This document shows, piece after piece, positions 13,051-26,257 of a stretch of DNA of 64,000 nt (positions are counted from its first letter, which is position 1; each line of letters begins with the position of its first letter). A program made the translations under genes and the position numbers. Under the pieces are notes generated by a model, which saw only the letters and a program-made list of their open reading frames with translations, was not told the DNA's origin and searched no databases. Origin of the DNA: Octopus bimaculoides (lineage: Eukaryota); contig NC_068998.1 of the NCBI RefSeq assembly GCF_001194135.2, forward strand, positions 6,168,151 to 6,232,150, in the 5' to 3' direction.

Positions 13051-14392
13051 AATTACCTAATGTGTTATCCCGGTTTGTTTTGCTCCTTTCTCTGTCTTCC
13101 ATCCTGCTTTCCTTGCATTGCTCTCTCTCTGTTTCTTTCTTTCTTTCCTTTCTTTACCTTCTTTCCTTTATGTCATTTTCTTTTTCCTTTCTTTCCTTCA
13201 TTTTTCCACTCCTTTCTTTTTCTTTCTTTCTTTACTACATCTTGCAGTTATACATCTTGCATTCATATCGTGCACAAAGTGATCGATAGCATCGTTAGCT
13301 ATAGATTTCTAACAGGGAAAATCACGGATTGAATGAATTTCTGATGGCGATGGAAGTAAAAACAATGTCTACGTGCAAATCAGACGGTATAAAATACTAC
13401 ACGGTATTTTTTTCTGTTCGCCGCACCGATTTAGTTGGCCTTTCACAGCATTGCATTCATGCAACTCACCGACAAACACACACACACATATGATACACAC
13501 ATACACTACATTTTGTAGCGCAGTGCATAGAGAACAACATGAAACCAATATTTAGAACGCCATGTTTCATTATTGTTCGAAAGATGCGTCTGGGAAGAAA
13601 AATCGAATTATTTTTTTCGAAATATCTTGATGTAGTTACCCATCGATATTCCCAGCACGAGAGTATATACAGGAAAAAATAAGATAAAGTTGAAGATAAG
13701 ATTTCACGTTTAATCGATACATTATAACGCGTATCTCGTTAATAAAAAATACTATTATGCAAAAATTAGAATCATATTATATCATCAAGTAATCAGAGAT
13801 TGTCTAAGAAGCCAAAATTTAGTTTTAAGCCAGTTTGTAGCAGTTTTATAGACACGCCAATTCTACAGACTCCAAATTGTATATAGAGACAAAGGGTTAA
13901 CGGGTTTGTAAATTCCAACGTACCTTGTCGAAGGTAATTGTGTTCTCCGTTTTGTTTGTTTGTTTGTTTGTTTTTGTCTTTGTTGCCGTACACATTCGCT
14001 AGCTTTTTTACAAAGCGGTCTAATGCTCTTAGCTTAGACTTTTTTGGGGGTAACTAGACGAGATTTGCACAACATTTTACAGGTTTTTACCCGAATCATA
14101 TTTAATTACACTTTATATATNNNNNNNNNNNNNNNNNNNNNNNNNNNNNNNNNNNNNNNNNNNNNNNNNNNNNNNNNNNNNNNNNNNNNNNNNNNNNNNN
14201 NNNNNNNNNNNNNNNNNNNNNNNNNNNNNNNNNNNNNNNNNNNNNNNNNNNNNNNNNNNNNNNNNNNNNNNNNNNNNNNNNNNNNNNNNCATTCATATTT
14301 ACAATATACACATGCAGCATATACATCATACACACATACACGCACAAATATATACTTCATATGAGTATATCATGAACACACACACGCACGCG

Positions 14393-14434
<42 letters not shown>

Positions 14435-14489
14435 CACACACACACGCATATGTATCCACACATGGATGCTTGGCGATTTTCCTTCTTCC

Positions 14490-14690
14490 TTTTTCCTTCT
14501 TCTCTGGACTTTTTTCTCCTTTCCGACGAACAGCTATATTCGAAACGTTAAAAATCTCTCTCCTTTCTCCGAGCGTCAAACTAATATTATTCTTGTGCAC
14601 GTTCTCACGTTCGTTCTTGTCTCTTTGTTTTCTCCTTTCCTTTCTTTCTCTCTTCGCTTTTTATTCGTTTTTTGAATCGTTTGTCACTTG
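14490..14690 (+). mobile_element. Penelope-like terminal repeat with decayed HHR-like motif (14520-14552)
   Basis: Reads TTT CCGACGA A cagctatattc GAA ACGT T AAA, then ccgagcgtcaaactaata as in the other copies. Stem II is decayed. Confidence 0.5.
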
Positions 14691-14852
14691 AATTGACTAT
14701 ATATATTCCTACTTATATATATTCCTACTTATAGGCTATACATGCTGCATATATATACATCACAGACATTCACCATACATACGTACACACATACATACAT
14801 ACATTACACACAGGCACCCTAGTGTATGTATGCTTATATATATATATATATA

Positions 14853-15082
14853 GTTACTGGCTAAGGCTTGGCTGCTCTGCATTGACAAGGGGCAACACCC
14901 TGAAACTAGTCTGCAGATGCCAAACCAGCAGGGGGACACTGCTGACCTCCCCTGTTCGAAGGTTATAAAGGACACAGGTTTCGTGTGTCACATAGCTAGC
15001 TAGAGGCGATGGCTTCTTGGAGCTAATTCACGGCAGCTTTCGTCCTAATTTTGGGACTGCCATGTTGGCTTGGCGATAACTA
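14853..15082 (+). mobile_element. HHR-bearing ~230-nt non-coding element inserted in a (TA)n tract (retrozyme-like or Penelope pLTR-derived)
   Basis: Same order of modules as 11086-11320: HHR, CAGGGG/CCCCTG hairpin, AGCTAGAG, CTTGG, GTCC/GGAC hairpin, GCCATGTTG. (TA)n lies on both sides. Confidence 0.55.
14876..14917 (+). ncRNA. Type I minimal hammerhead ribozyme motif with U3-A8 core variant
   Basis: Reads TCTGCA | TTGACAA | GGGG caaca CCCT | GAA | AC ta GT | C | TGCAGA. Stem I is a perfect 6 bp, stem III is the palindrome ACTAGT, and the cleavage triplet is GUC (C17 = 14911). Stem I extends via TTGGC (14868-14872) / GCCAA (14919-14923). Confidence 0.75.
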
Positions 15083-15118
<36 letters not shown>

Positions 15119-16344
15119 NNNNNNNNNNNNNNNNNNNNNNNNNNNNNNNNNNNNNNNNNNNNNNNNNNNNNNNNNNNNNNNNNNNNNNNNNNNNNNNNNN
15201 NNNNNNNNNNNNNNNNNNNNNNNNNNNNNNNNNNNNNNNNNNNNNNNNNNNNNNNNNNNNNNNNNNNNNNNNNNNNNNNNNNNNNNNNNNNNNNNNNNTA
15301 TATATATATATATATATATATATATCGTACTTAGATACATAACATTACGTACATGCATACACACATACATACATACATACATACATACATACATACATTC
15401 ATACATAGGGGCATACATGCATAAAGACATACACATGAATAAATATAGTCAGATATACGTTCAGTACATACGTATATTCATGTGTCCGTTCATACGTCCG
15501 TTCATACTTTGCTATAATATCGATACCGATCGAAAACTAATTCCTTTATATAATCCAATGCAAGAATAATTAATTCTTACCGATATGTCTCGAATGAATA
15601 GCGAAGAATACGTCAGTCAGCACAATATACTCTGGACAGAAATCTATAGGAATTAATTTAATTAGATGTGTAAAATTGAAGCGGAAAGAGAAACGACGGA
15701 GAAAAAAAAAACACCCTACATCCACACAACCCACTAAAGAACAGTCTACACAAAACAAAATAAGAGCCAACAATGTGACTCTAGCTGCCCACCCAAAATA
15801 CTAGATATAGCAGTCAAATTTTGTTCATATCATATTCCGTAATCTTCAAGATAAAAAAAAAAATTAGAAAAGGACAAGAATTCACTGATATAGTAGTTTT
15901 AGAGATGATGATTATGATGAAGATGTTATTGATGGTGATGATGATGATGATGATAATGGTGATGATGTTGATAATGATGATGATGATGATGATGATGATG
16001 ATAATTTCTTCGTGGGACGTCTAATGTCTAAACATAAAGCACCATTAAAGACAGACATACTGATGGTTTATAAGCTAACCATGACGGTGTATGTACCATC
16101 ATGGTATATAGAGATGAACAATCGTGAAAGCATGCCGTTATAGCGTCAATACTTCTGCCGATGTAGGCTGGGGGTGACTTGGCAAAATTGGTAGAGCGTC
16201 AGACGAAATATCTTGTGATATAATACTATATGGCTCTTTATGAGTTAAAATCCCACTGAGGTCAACATTACCTTTCCATCACTAAGGCATCAGCCAAGCA
16301 AGACAAATATTTACGTAGCATTCATATAAAACCCATCATGTATG

Positions 16345-16408
<64 letters not shown>

Positions 16409-16888
16409 TAATCAGGTAACATGTAGTAATTCTGACATTGTTTACTTTGACAATGGAAACAACATACTTTATAATAGACACAGTGTTACTAAATGATTAT
16501 GTCTAGAGGCGAGCCGAGCAGAAAACAAGAAATGTCACCGACCGAGTTGTTTCATTGTAAACATCACGACGGTTAAGGGATGGTGTTAGCATTCATATTT
16601 TTAATTTGAAATAAGCCACAGTTACTTCTGTTATGACATTGGCAGGTTAGTTACAAAGGATATGCGTAGTCACGTTCAACAAAACGGTTATAATCGGATT
16701 GGTAAATATTATTCAGGAATTCACAAGTAGTATTTGGTAACCTTGAAGATATTTCAGTATGTTTTCCAAGACGTACCAAATTCTTTGTAAAAAATGGAAC
16801 ATTTAGTAAATTCCTGAAACCACGAACAGTAAAGCAATATTATTGATAATGGAAATTGGTAGCATAAATGGTCTAGGGTTTCTGTCAC

Positions 16889-16939
16889 CAGTTGGTCCAA
16901 ATTAGGTCGAAACACCGTATCTGGCCATTCAGCAGAGTT
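16889..16939 (-). CDS. Weak candidate exon
   Basis: Acceptor ggcttcgcttag and donor CTG|gtgaca. It reads TLLNGQIRCFDLIWTN in the phase compatible with the 28114-28201 candidate. Another frame (NSAEWPDTVFRPNLDQL) is also open. Confidence 0.25.
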
Positions 16940-18164
16940 CTAAGCGAAGCCGCATTTTAAACACACAAATGCCCTTGAAAAGTTTCCCTGAGATAAAATA
17001 TTACAACTTGTATCGTTTCACGTTTATATACATATAAATGTTATATACACGCGTATTTTAATCAAAAGCAGTTTCAAATGCATATGTTAATATTACAAAA
17101 AATGTTTCATTTCTAAAGATATCCCGAAACATTACAATCACGTTAATTATAAATTAATAATTTCTTAAATCATAAATTGATAATCTCTGAAAATTATAAA
17201 TTACTAACGAAAATCCTTTTGAAAGATTCACTAAAGAACATTATTACAAATGCACAGTTTCAATCATTTAATGAAAATCTGTCCCTCCCACTATTAATAT
17301 ATTTCAGAACGAGGTTGGTTCATGTCTCTGTACTCCATTATGCCTCTTTTCAGAAGAAGAATGAAATACTATAGTGTTTCTGTCACTTCGTTTCGACCAT
17401 TTTGCCATTGAATGAGAACAATGAGTTAATCTCTCATGTCATAGAACTGTATTTAAAAACAAAATAAGAAAAAAGGAAAAAAATATTAACAAGTTTTGTG
17501 ATCCGATCTTGATAAAGATAAAGTAATTATTTTATTTTATTTCATTTTACGTTTCTTATCTCTAGTATAATATTTATTTTTTATATTTTATGTACATATT
17601 AATTCATTATTTTTCGATTCTTAAAATTCATTTATTTATTTTGCATTTCCTCTTAAAAGCACTGCCGATGTAAGCTAAACATAGAAGCATCGATTTATTG
17701 TGAATAAGTGAAAGATTTCTTTAGCAATCCAGTTCTTTATATTTCGTATGATTAAAAGAAAAAAATTAATACAAAAACGTGAAATATTATTTTCATATTT
17801 CTCATCTTCCCTCTTAAAACATTTTGAAAACGACAACGAAAAAGCAACGTATGAGAATAGAGAAAAAAACTGTAACCAAACAAAACATTGAAGAAGACAG
17901 GCGAAACAAAACCATAAAATATTACAATTCCGTCTTATGAACACGCTTGTCTTTAAACTACGTTCGCAAGGTTACTTTCACATGGAAAGAGATTAAAAAA
18001 AAACAAAAAAACAGCGTGAAGTTCTAAAGAAATCGTAAAACATAACAAAACTACTGAACTTGTAATATGTCAAAGAAATATTCCACTGACGTATTTTTCT
18101 TTAGATATTTCGGACATATTTCAGTGGAATGTTGTTTTTCAAAAACTAGTCTTGTTTATTTTTT

Positions 18165-18500
18165 TCCACATTGAATTCTTTGAAACGTGTTGTTGTTCCA
18201 TTTTTTTAAAAAATGAATATTCGATACTAAACGATGCCTGTGATATATTTTTAACCTGACGTTTAAGAGTCATAATAGCCAGTCAATCAAGAGGGTGATC
18301 TCTCTTCGTAACTGAAAAGTGAAATTTAGTTTTGTAATAGAATATTCTTTCTTATTTTTCCTTTGAATTATTTGAAATGTGTTGTCATTTCATTTCTTTT
18401 TCTATATTCGATGTTAAACGGTGGATGTCATAGACTTTTAACTTTACTCGAAGGAATCATAATGCCCAAGCGACCAAGATGATGATCTCTTTGGAAATCC
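18165..18500 (+). repeat. Diverged tandem duplication, ~192-bp period
   Basis: ttgaatt(c/a)tttgaaa(c/t)gtgttgt...atattcgat...aaacg...tcataat...caag...tgatctct occurs at ~18171 and ~18363. Confidence 0.7.
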
Positions 18501-18781
18501 CTCAACAATTATTTATAGGTTAGAAATGTCTGTATATCACACCTGCTTAGACTATAACAAGTCTCTTATGTTAAGAAGACCGTCTTGGTTAAATGTGAAT
18601 AAAATAAGATTTTTTGTGTTAATACACCTGCTAACACAGTCCGATCACAACCGTGTATATTTTGCGTAGACAGTACAGTAGGAAAATTAAACAAAAGGTT
18701 CTGTCTCAGAAGACACAATGCCAATAATTTCGATAGGAGGGGAAGGGAGGCAAGGCAGTGAGTAACGATGGGTTACACAGC

Positions 18782-18829
<48 letters not shown>

Positions 18830-20074
18830 CAAATGTAAGATCGAATGATCGAGCTGTAGGAAGAAAGTGAGCTTCATGCAATCCGTAGAAAATATAAAAA
18901 ACAACTTAATTTTCAGGAACAATAGTGGTTTATCGGGGTGGAAGGTTGTGGATTTTTACCCTATCAAAGTACCATTATCTGAAAACAAATTATTTTAAGT
19001 TTCACGGTAGGCAGCCAGAATTGCGAGGTATGCGAATAGAAATATAAGAGTTAAGGAATGGAGTAGATGAAATCCGGGCTATATATGTTTCGTAGCGAGC
19101 GGAACCTCGGAAGTGGCAAATGTCCAAGCGAGGTGCATACCCCAGGCTACTCTTCGGGTCAAGGGTAGCTTGATTAAATGAAGTTTATATCGTCGTAAGG
19201 AGGCACTTGTTAACACACGGAAGATTCGATCAGAATGATTAGAGAGCACGGTTTGAGTTGGGGATATAGTTAGTTATAGGGTTGCAGAGAGAGAAGGCGG
19301 CTTTTCATCGCATTTGTCGAATCAGTTCGTTTGTAGCGCGAATAATGAGTTTCAAGCACTCAGTTTTGTTGGTAAGAGGGATATTTTTAAGTGACATATT
19401 TAATTTAATTTTTTCGTTCCCATGTCTTCCACTAGATACAAATTACATAGATACGTTTACACACACACACAATATATATATATATATATATANNNNNNNN
19501 NNNNNNNNNNNNNNNNNNNNNNNNNNNNNNNNNNNNNNNNNNNNNNNNNNNNNNNNNNNNNNNNNNNNNNNNNNNNNNNNNNNNNNNNNNNNNNNNNNNN
19601 NNNNNNNNNNNNNNNNNNNNNNNNNNNNNNNNNNNNNNNNNNNNNNNNNNNNNNNNNNNNNNNNNNNNNNNNNNNNNNNNNNNNNNNNNNNNNNNNNNNN
19701 NNNNNNNNNNNNNNNNNNNNNNNNNNNNNNNNNNNNNNNNNNNNNNNNNNNNNNNNNNNNNNNNNNNNNNNNNNNNNNNNNNNNNNNNNNNNNNNNNNNN
19801 NNNNNNNNNNNNNNNNNNNNNNNNNNNNNNNNNNNNNNNNNNNNNNNNNNNNNNNNNNNNNNNNNNNNNNNNNNNNNNNNNNNNNNNNNNNNNNNNNNNN
19901 NNNNNNNNNNNNNNNNNNNNNNNNNNNNNNNNNNNNNNNNNNNNNNNNNNNNNNNNNNNNNNNNNNNNNNNNNNNNNNNNNNNTATATATATATATATAT
20001 ATATATATGCATATATATATATATTCATATATACATGCATATATGTATATACTTATATATATATGCATATATGG

Positions 20075-20235
20075 GTACAGGACGTCATAAAACGTAAACA
20101 ACATGAAATACGAAAACATGGAATACGAATTTTTTTTGCGAACAACGAAAGAAACAAATGGAAAACAAGAAAGTAACATAGAGAATGACCCTTCATCAGT
20201 TGCTCATGTTGTTTACGTTTTATGACGTCCTGTAC
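20075..20235. repeat. Perfect 32-bp inverted repeat with 97-bp spacer, between (TA)n tracts
   Basis: gtacaggacgtcataaaacgtaaacaacatga (20075-20106) and its exact reverse complement (20204-20235). Confidence 0.85.
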
Positions 20236-20310
20236 TTATATATGCATATGTATATACATATATATATGTACATATATGTATGTATATATGCATATATATA
20301 TTTATATATA

Positions 20311-20624
20311 TGATTGAACGCCACGTATCCATTTCCAAGCTGTGTTGCAATCTCATGGATTGTGGCTAGTTTGTCCGTATTAACCAATTCGTTTGCGTGC
20401 AGACAATTTATGTTAGTGGTCACAGATTATGGAATTCCTACTGCTGGGGTGGTCTTCTCAATGCTCGCTTTCCTTTCTTTAAACATCGTCCATTTGCATT
20501 TATTGATCTTGTGAATGGCATCATCTCCGTAAATAACCTATGGAGTTCTGCAGATGTCGGAAAACTCGCAACCCTTCTTTGTCAAGATTTCAATGACGGT
20601 TCATTGCCTCTGCTTGTAACCCAT
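20311..20624 (-). mobile_element. Degenerate mariner transposase N-terminus (HTH region)
   Basis: Reads MGYKQRQ*TVIEILTKKGCEFSDICRTP*VIYGDDAIHKINKCKWTMFKERKASIEK...LATIHEIATQLG. This matches the mariner 'QRAVIEFL...VYGD...W...FK.G..SIED' pattern, with stops. Confidence 0.8.
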
Positions 20625-22053
20625 TATTTTTCCAGCACCGAAGAAGAAGAAAAATTACAATAGAAAAAGGGTTAAGGAGTTATTCTATCAACATGTGCAA
20701 TTTGAACGACCTATATCAGTAAATACCTACTTTTACACTACTTTCAGTATTACCATTTCTCAAAATTCTTCCTAAGCAATTCTGTTATGTAGATTGATTA
20801 AGTCTTATACTGTCACACAGTACTGTTATATCTGTTAAGCTGTATCTTATACGACGAAGGATAATGTAATGAGCCTATCTTTTGCTTTATTATAAACCAC
20901 ACCTACCAATGACCATCTGCGACTTTGAAAATGCTAAGTGACCAATATATTTCCTATTCTGAGTTTAAAAAATAACTAGGAATTACATGGATATCGGCTT
21001 CCTTCGACTAAGCTAATATATTTTCGACTGATTATTGTTCAATAAAAAAATAATTAGCTCACGGTGTGTGTTCCATAGGTGTTTCAAAAAGTTATTGATG
21101 TTATTCATATTGCTTTTCAATGAATATTTGAATACTTTTTCCAAGAAAATAGTCTAAAATCGTTTACAGACACACTTGGAGTCTTATAGACACATAACAG
21201 TACATTTACTAACAAAACCTAGCGCTCCAGTTATTGTTGGTATGAATATGAATTCATAGCCTTGATACAGAAGCTGGAGGTATGTATGTATGTATGTATG
21301 TATGTATGTATGTATGTATGTATGTATGTATATACGTACGTACGTACATGTACGTGCAAATTCGTATATCTTGTTTTATGGTTTCTCATGCACTGTCTTT
21401 CTCGTGTATTCTGTGTATTCGATGTATTTCTCGTGTATTCTGTGTATGTAATTACATATGTATGTGTGTGTATGTATGTGTGTGTGTTTATGCCTCACCG
21501 TTTGACAACTCGTGTTGGTTTGTTTCTTTTCACGTAACGTAGAGGTTCAGCCAGATAGTATATGTATCAGATATTGTAAAAAAAAAGAGAAAAAAAAATT
21601 AATAAGTACTAGGTTGACATGTTCAGCAGTATCCTTCAAGGTGGTGCCCCAGCATGGCCGTAACCCAATGACTCAAACATGTGCAAGATAAAAAATAAAA
21701 GTAATGATAATATATAACACAGATCAAGCTGACATGCTTGTCAGAACAATTTTAGTAACTAAAATAAAAAGCTGGAAACTTTACTGTAGATAAAACCTAA
21801 TAACTTTCAACTCAACACGTCCACACAATTGCTAAAATTATGTAATGGAAGGAATATATTAAAACATCTAGAATTTTGGTTATATAATATATGAAAATAA
21901 CACACTCACCTACCTTAGATCTGTCAGCTATCGTTCTAGTATCGATTATAATTCTCTAGTTATACACACGCAACGAATACGTATATACATACAGACATGT
22001 AGGTATATTCACACGCAAACAAAAGCAACGAAAAAGAAATCACAAGCACACGC

Positions 22054-22110
<57 letters not shown>

Positions 22111-23075
22111 NNNNNNNNNNNNNNNNNNNNNNNNNNNNNNNNNNNNNNNNNNNNNNNNNNNNNNNNNNNNNNNNNNNNNNNNNNNNNNNNNNNNNNNNNN
22201 NNNNNNNNNNNNNNNNNNNNNNNNNNNNNNNNNNNNNNNNNNNNNNNNNNNNNNNNNNNNNNNNNNNNNNNNNNNNNNNNNNNNNNNNNNNNNNNNNNNN
22301 NNNNNNNNNNNNNNNNNNNNNNNNNNNNNNNNNNNNNNNNNNNNNNNNNNNNNNNNNNNNNNNNNNNNNNNNNNNNNNNNNNNNNNNNNNNNNNNNNNNN
22401 NNNNNNNNNNNNNNNNNNNNNNNNNNNNNNNNNNNNNNNNNNNNNNNNNNNNNNNNNNNNNNNNNNNNNNNNNNNNNNNNNNNNNNNNNNNNNNNNNNNN
22501 NNNNNNNNNNNNNNNNNNNNNNNNNNNNNNNNNNNNNNNNNNNNNNNNNNNNNNNNNNNNNNNNNNNNNNNNNNNNNNNNNNNNNNNNNNNNNNNNNNNN
22601 NNNNNNNNNNNNNNNNNNNNNNNNNNNNNNNNNNNNNNNNNNNNNNNNNNNNNNNNNNNNNNNNNNNNNNNNNNNNNNNNNNNNNNNNNNNNNNNNNNNN
22701 NNNNNNNNNNNNNNNNNNNNNNNNNNNNNNNNNNNNNNNNNNNNNNNNNNNNNNNNNNNNNNNNNNNNNNNNNNNNNNNNNNNNNNNNNNNNNNNNNNNN
22801 NNNNNNNNNNNNNNNNNNNNNNNNNNNNNNNNNNNNNNNNNNNNNNNNNNNNNNNNNNNNNNNNNNNNNNNNNNNNNNNNNNNNNNNNNNNNNNNNNNNN
22901 NNNNNNNNNNNNNNNNNNNNNNNNNNNNNNNNNNNNNNNNATATATATATATATATATATATATGTTAGATGGATAGGTAAATAGATAGATACAGAGATA
23001 AACATACATACACACACACATATATATATATACATATAGATAGATGAATAGATAGATACAGAGATAAACATACAT

Positions 23076-23128
<53 letters not shown>

Positions 23129-24052
23129 TATAGATACACATACATACCCACATACATATATATATATATATATATACATGTATATAGATGCACATACATA
23201 CACACACACTTATATATGCACATACATATAAGGATATATACATACATATATATACATACACACACATATACACAAACATGTGTGTGTATGTGTTTGTATG
23301 GGTAGTCACGTGTACTTCCATACACGCATACTGTTTAGTATAATACACTTAAAAGAAAAAAAAGAAAAAAAAAGCACACACACAAAAACTAATATAAATT
23401 CAAATATATTTCGGTAAGGAATTAGTTTTGACTTCTAATGAATACCTCAGAAAAATCTTGCGTCAGTAATGTGGAAGGAAAATGGTAAGGAGAAGAGTTT
23501 GATAAAGGAAACGGATTATAGTGAAAGAGATTAATGTGTTTCTATATTAATCAGGTTTTGCTAATTGAATTTTCATGTTAATTCTGGAGACATTGTCACG
23601 TAGAAAGAATGCGATCTCAACATTGCTGGCTCAGATTGAATAATACTCAGCCTTGAGAATACATGAGTATGTGTTCCTCATTATATATATATATATATAT
23701 ATATATNNNNNNNNNNNNNNNNNNNNNNNNNNNNNNNNNNNNNNNNNNNNNNNNNNNNNNNNNNNNNNNNNNNNNNNNNNNNNNNNNNNNNNNNNNNNNN
23801 NNNNNNNNNNNNNNNNNNNNNNNNNNNNNNNNNNNNNNNNNNNNNNNNNNNNNNNNNNNNNNNNNNNNNNNNNNNNNNNNNNNNNNNNNNNNNNNNNNNN
23901 NNNNNNNNNNNNNNNNNNNNNNNNNNNNNNNNNNNNNNNNNNNNNNNNNNNNNNNNNNNNNNNNNNNNNNNNNNNNNNNNNNNNNNNNNNNNNNNNNNNN
24001 NNNNNNNNNNNNNNNNNNNNNNNNNNNNNTATATATATATATATATATATAT

Positions 24053-24125
24053 GGGAGAATATAAAAAAAATAACAACAGACGAGGACAGGTGGTGTAAAT
24101 AACAAAAGTATATATTAGTATGACA
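24053..24125 (-). mobile_element. Truncated copy of the 4008-4175 repeat terminus
   Basis: gggagaat...aacaacagacgaggacaggtggtgtaaa is shared with 4008-4075, and both start right after (TA)n. Confidence 0.6.
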
Positions 24126-25131
24126 TATATAATATATGTATATATGTATGTATGTTGGTATCCGTCTATCTCTATATATACATACACATATCTATATATA
24201 TATATATACACACATATTTATACACACACATATATATATATACACGCATACATACAGGATCACACTTACTTAAATAACAAGAAATATATACATATTGAAT
24301 ATTCTGAATCAATCACCTTATAAAACATGCATTTTTATAAAGCTAAGTAAAAATTTACTGCCTCACTTTATAGGTGCTTCCGTAATTTTTTGAAAAGTCG
24401 TTCCATAGTTATTGTAATACACATGCACACTTCCTTTTAGAATACAATTGCAGGCTATTCAACCATATACTATATAAAAATGTACTTGTGTCTGCATGTT
24501 TGTATGTTTCTAGATGTTTCTATGTGTATAATCCTGTGCGCGCGTCCCACTTTGCGTGTGTTCTTATGTTTGACAAGGATAGTTAATTGATGGAAATATC
24601 TGTGAGTTGAACACAGCATGTTGCATCCTATCTTTGTGATTTTTACTAATAATATCAATAGATCATCATTTCCATTTGCAGTTTAGGGAAAAGCAGCGTG
24701 TAGGTATGTATAATATATGCATAAAAATTGTCTAGAATAGAATGTATTGTTTCAGAGTACAAGAAAAAGCTGTCATACTATTAACAAAAAGTTTTTTTTT
24801 TCAAGTCAAACTATCACTACGATATAGAGTAAACTGCATATGCATCTTCAGTTGGTACCCTGTGTGTAACGCAGTTTTTGTCAGATGTCTGCACGCTGCG
24901 TTTATATATAATATCAAAATGAATGCGACGATATTGTAAAAACACAACATAGTTGTCCTACATGAACATGCATAAAATACGCGTGCGAATGTTTTAAACT
25001 TCCATTAACAAGGACTAGTGAATCTATCATTCATAATGGTTTGTATAACACGTACACACAACACGATACAAACACAGTTGCGCACACGCATGCTCTCTTT
25101 CACACACGCCTATATGCGTGTGTGTGTATTA

Positions 25132-25195
<64 letters not shown>

Positions 25196-25282
25196 GCATA
25201 CATATATATATATTATGCATATGACTTTGAATAACTTTGATAGGTTTCGGCCAGTATAGGCTCAAGCAATGTCAGGTGTGCA

Positions 25283-25314
<32 letters not shown>

Positions 25315-26257
25315 ATAGACAGAAATACTTAAATATATTTGTAGATAAATACAAAAAGATCTTTATGAGTTTTGTCAGTGTATTGCTGACAGTCGCAGGG
25401 TTAGCCGTTTACAGCTGAATGGAGTGGAGCAACGTGAAATGAAATGTTTTGCCCAAGAACTCAATGCAAAGCCCAGTCCGGGAATCGAAACCACGCTCTT
25501 GCGATCGCGAGTGCAATACTCTAACCGCTGTGTGTAATACTAGAAGATAAAGAAGAGAAAACGTGTTGATTTGATTTGTCGTGCAACGCTTTCCTTATCA
25601 ATGCGAGGCAATATTCAATGACATTTTCTGTATGAAGTAAAACGGTAAATTATAAATCCGTTTATGTTAAAAGAAATTCATAATATAACCGGAGCCATGT
25701 TAAACGTCATTTTTAATCATTACATCGAAATTTTGATCGAAAATTTCTTCTCAAATCCTTGATTAAACTGCCGAAGTTAAACAGTTAAAATCTTTTATCT
25801 AAGCAATTTATTTTCAAGAAAGTTTCTAATAAAATTCACACAGGCAACAGTAGTTTCATTAAGTTTAATTCTCGTATATTGCGCTGCAGCAATATTAGAA
25901 ATATTACAGCTGGTTAGATAGTTAAAGAACTAGCAAAGTAAATATCGATTCTCTTTGAAAATAATATTAAAACAAGTGAGGAATTATTATTGGTGCCATC
26001 AAATACAGGCAGTTATCAAGACAAAGTAATGACACGATGAGTTGAAAACATGGCAACTAATGTACTTAACTGATGAATCCTCAAACTACATTAAAAAAGA
26101 ATGTGCTCGGTTTTTTATCAATTAAGTTAATGAATCACATGACACATATTACGTTACAATTATGAATATTTTCTTGTTGATTTTTGTTCGTTATTTCACT
26201 ATTTATTTTTTTATTGCTCACAGGGCGCTAAACATAGAAGGAACAAACAAGGACAAA

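Noticed and set aside
15030-15067. Possible antisense hammerhead in the 14.9-kb element (minus strand GTCCcaaaattaGGAC-GAAAGC), which would suggest a viroid-like ambisense RNA
   Set aside because: The upstream bases read CATGGCA rather than CUGANGA, and the homologous hairpin in the 11-kb element has no GAAA.
25240-25270. Minus-strand GCC-tatact-GGC-C-GAAAC resembling HHR stem II
   Set aside because: The core (TGCTTGA) and stem III do not fit; at most a heavily decayed relic.
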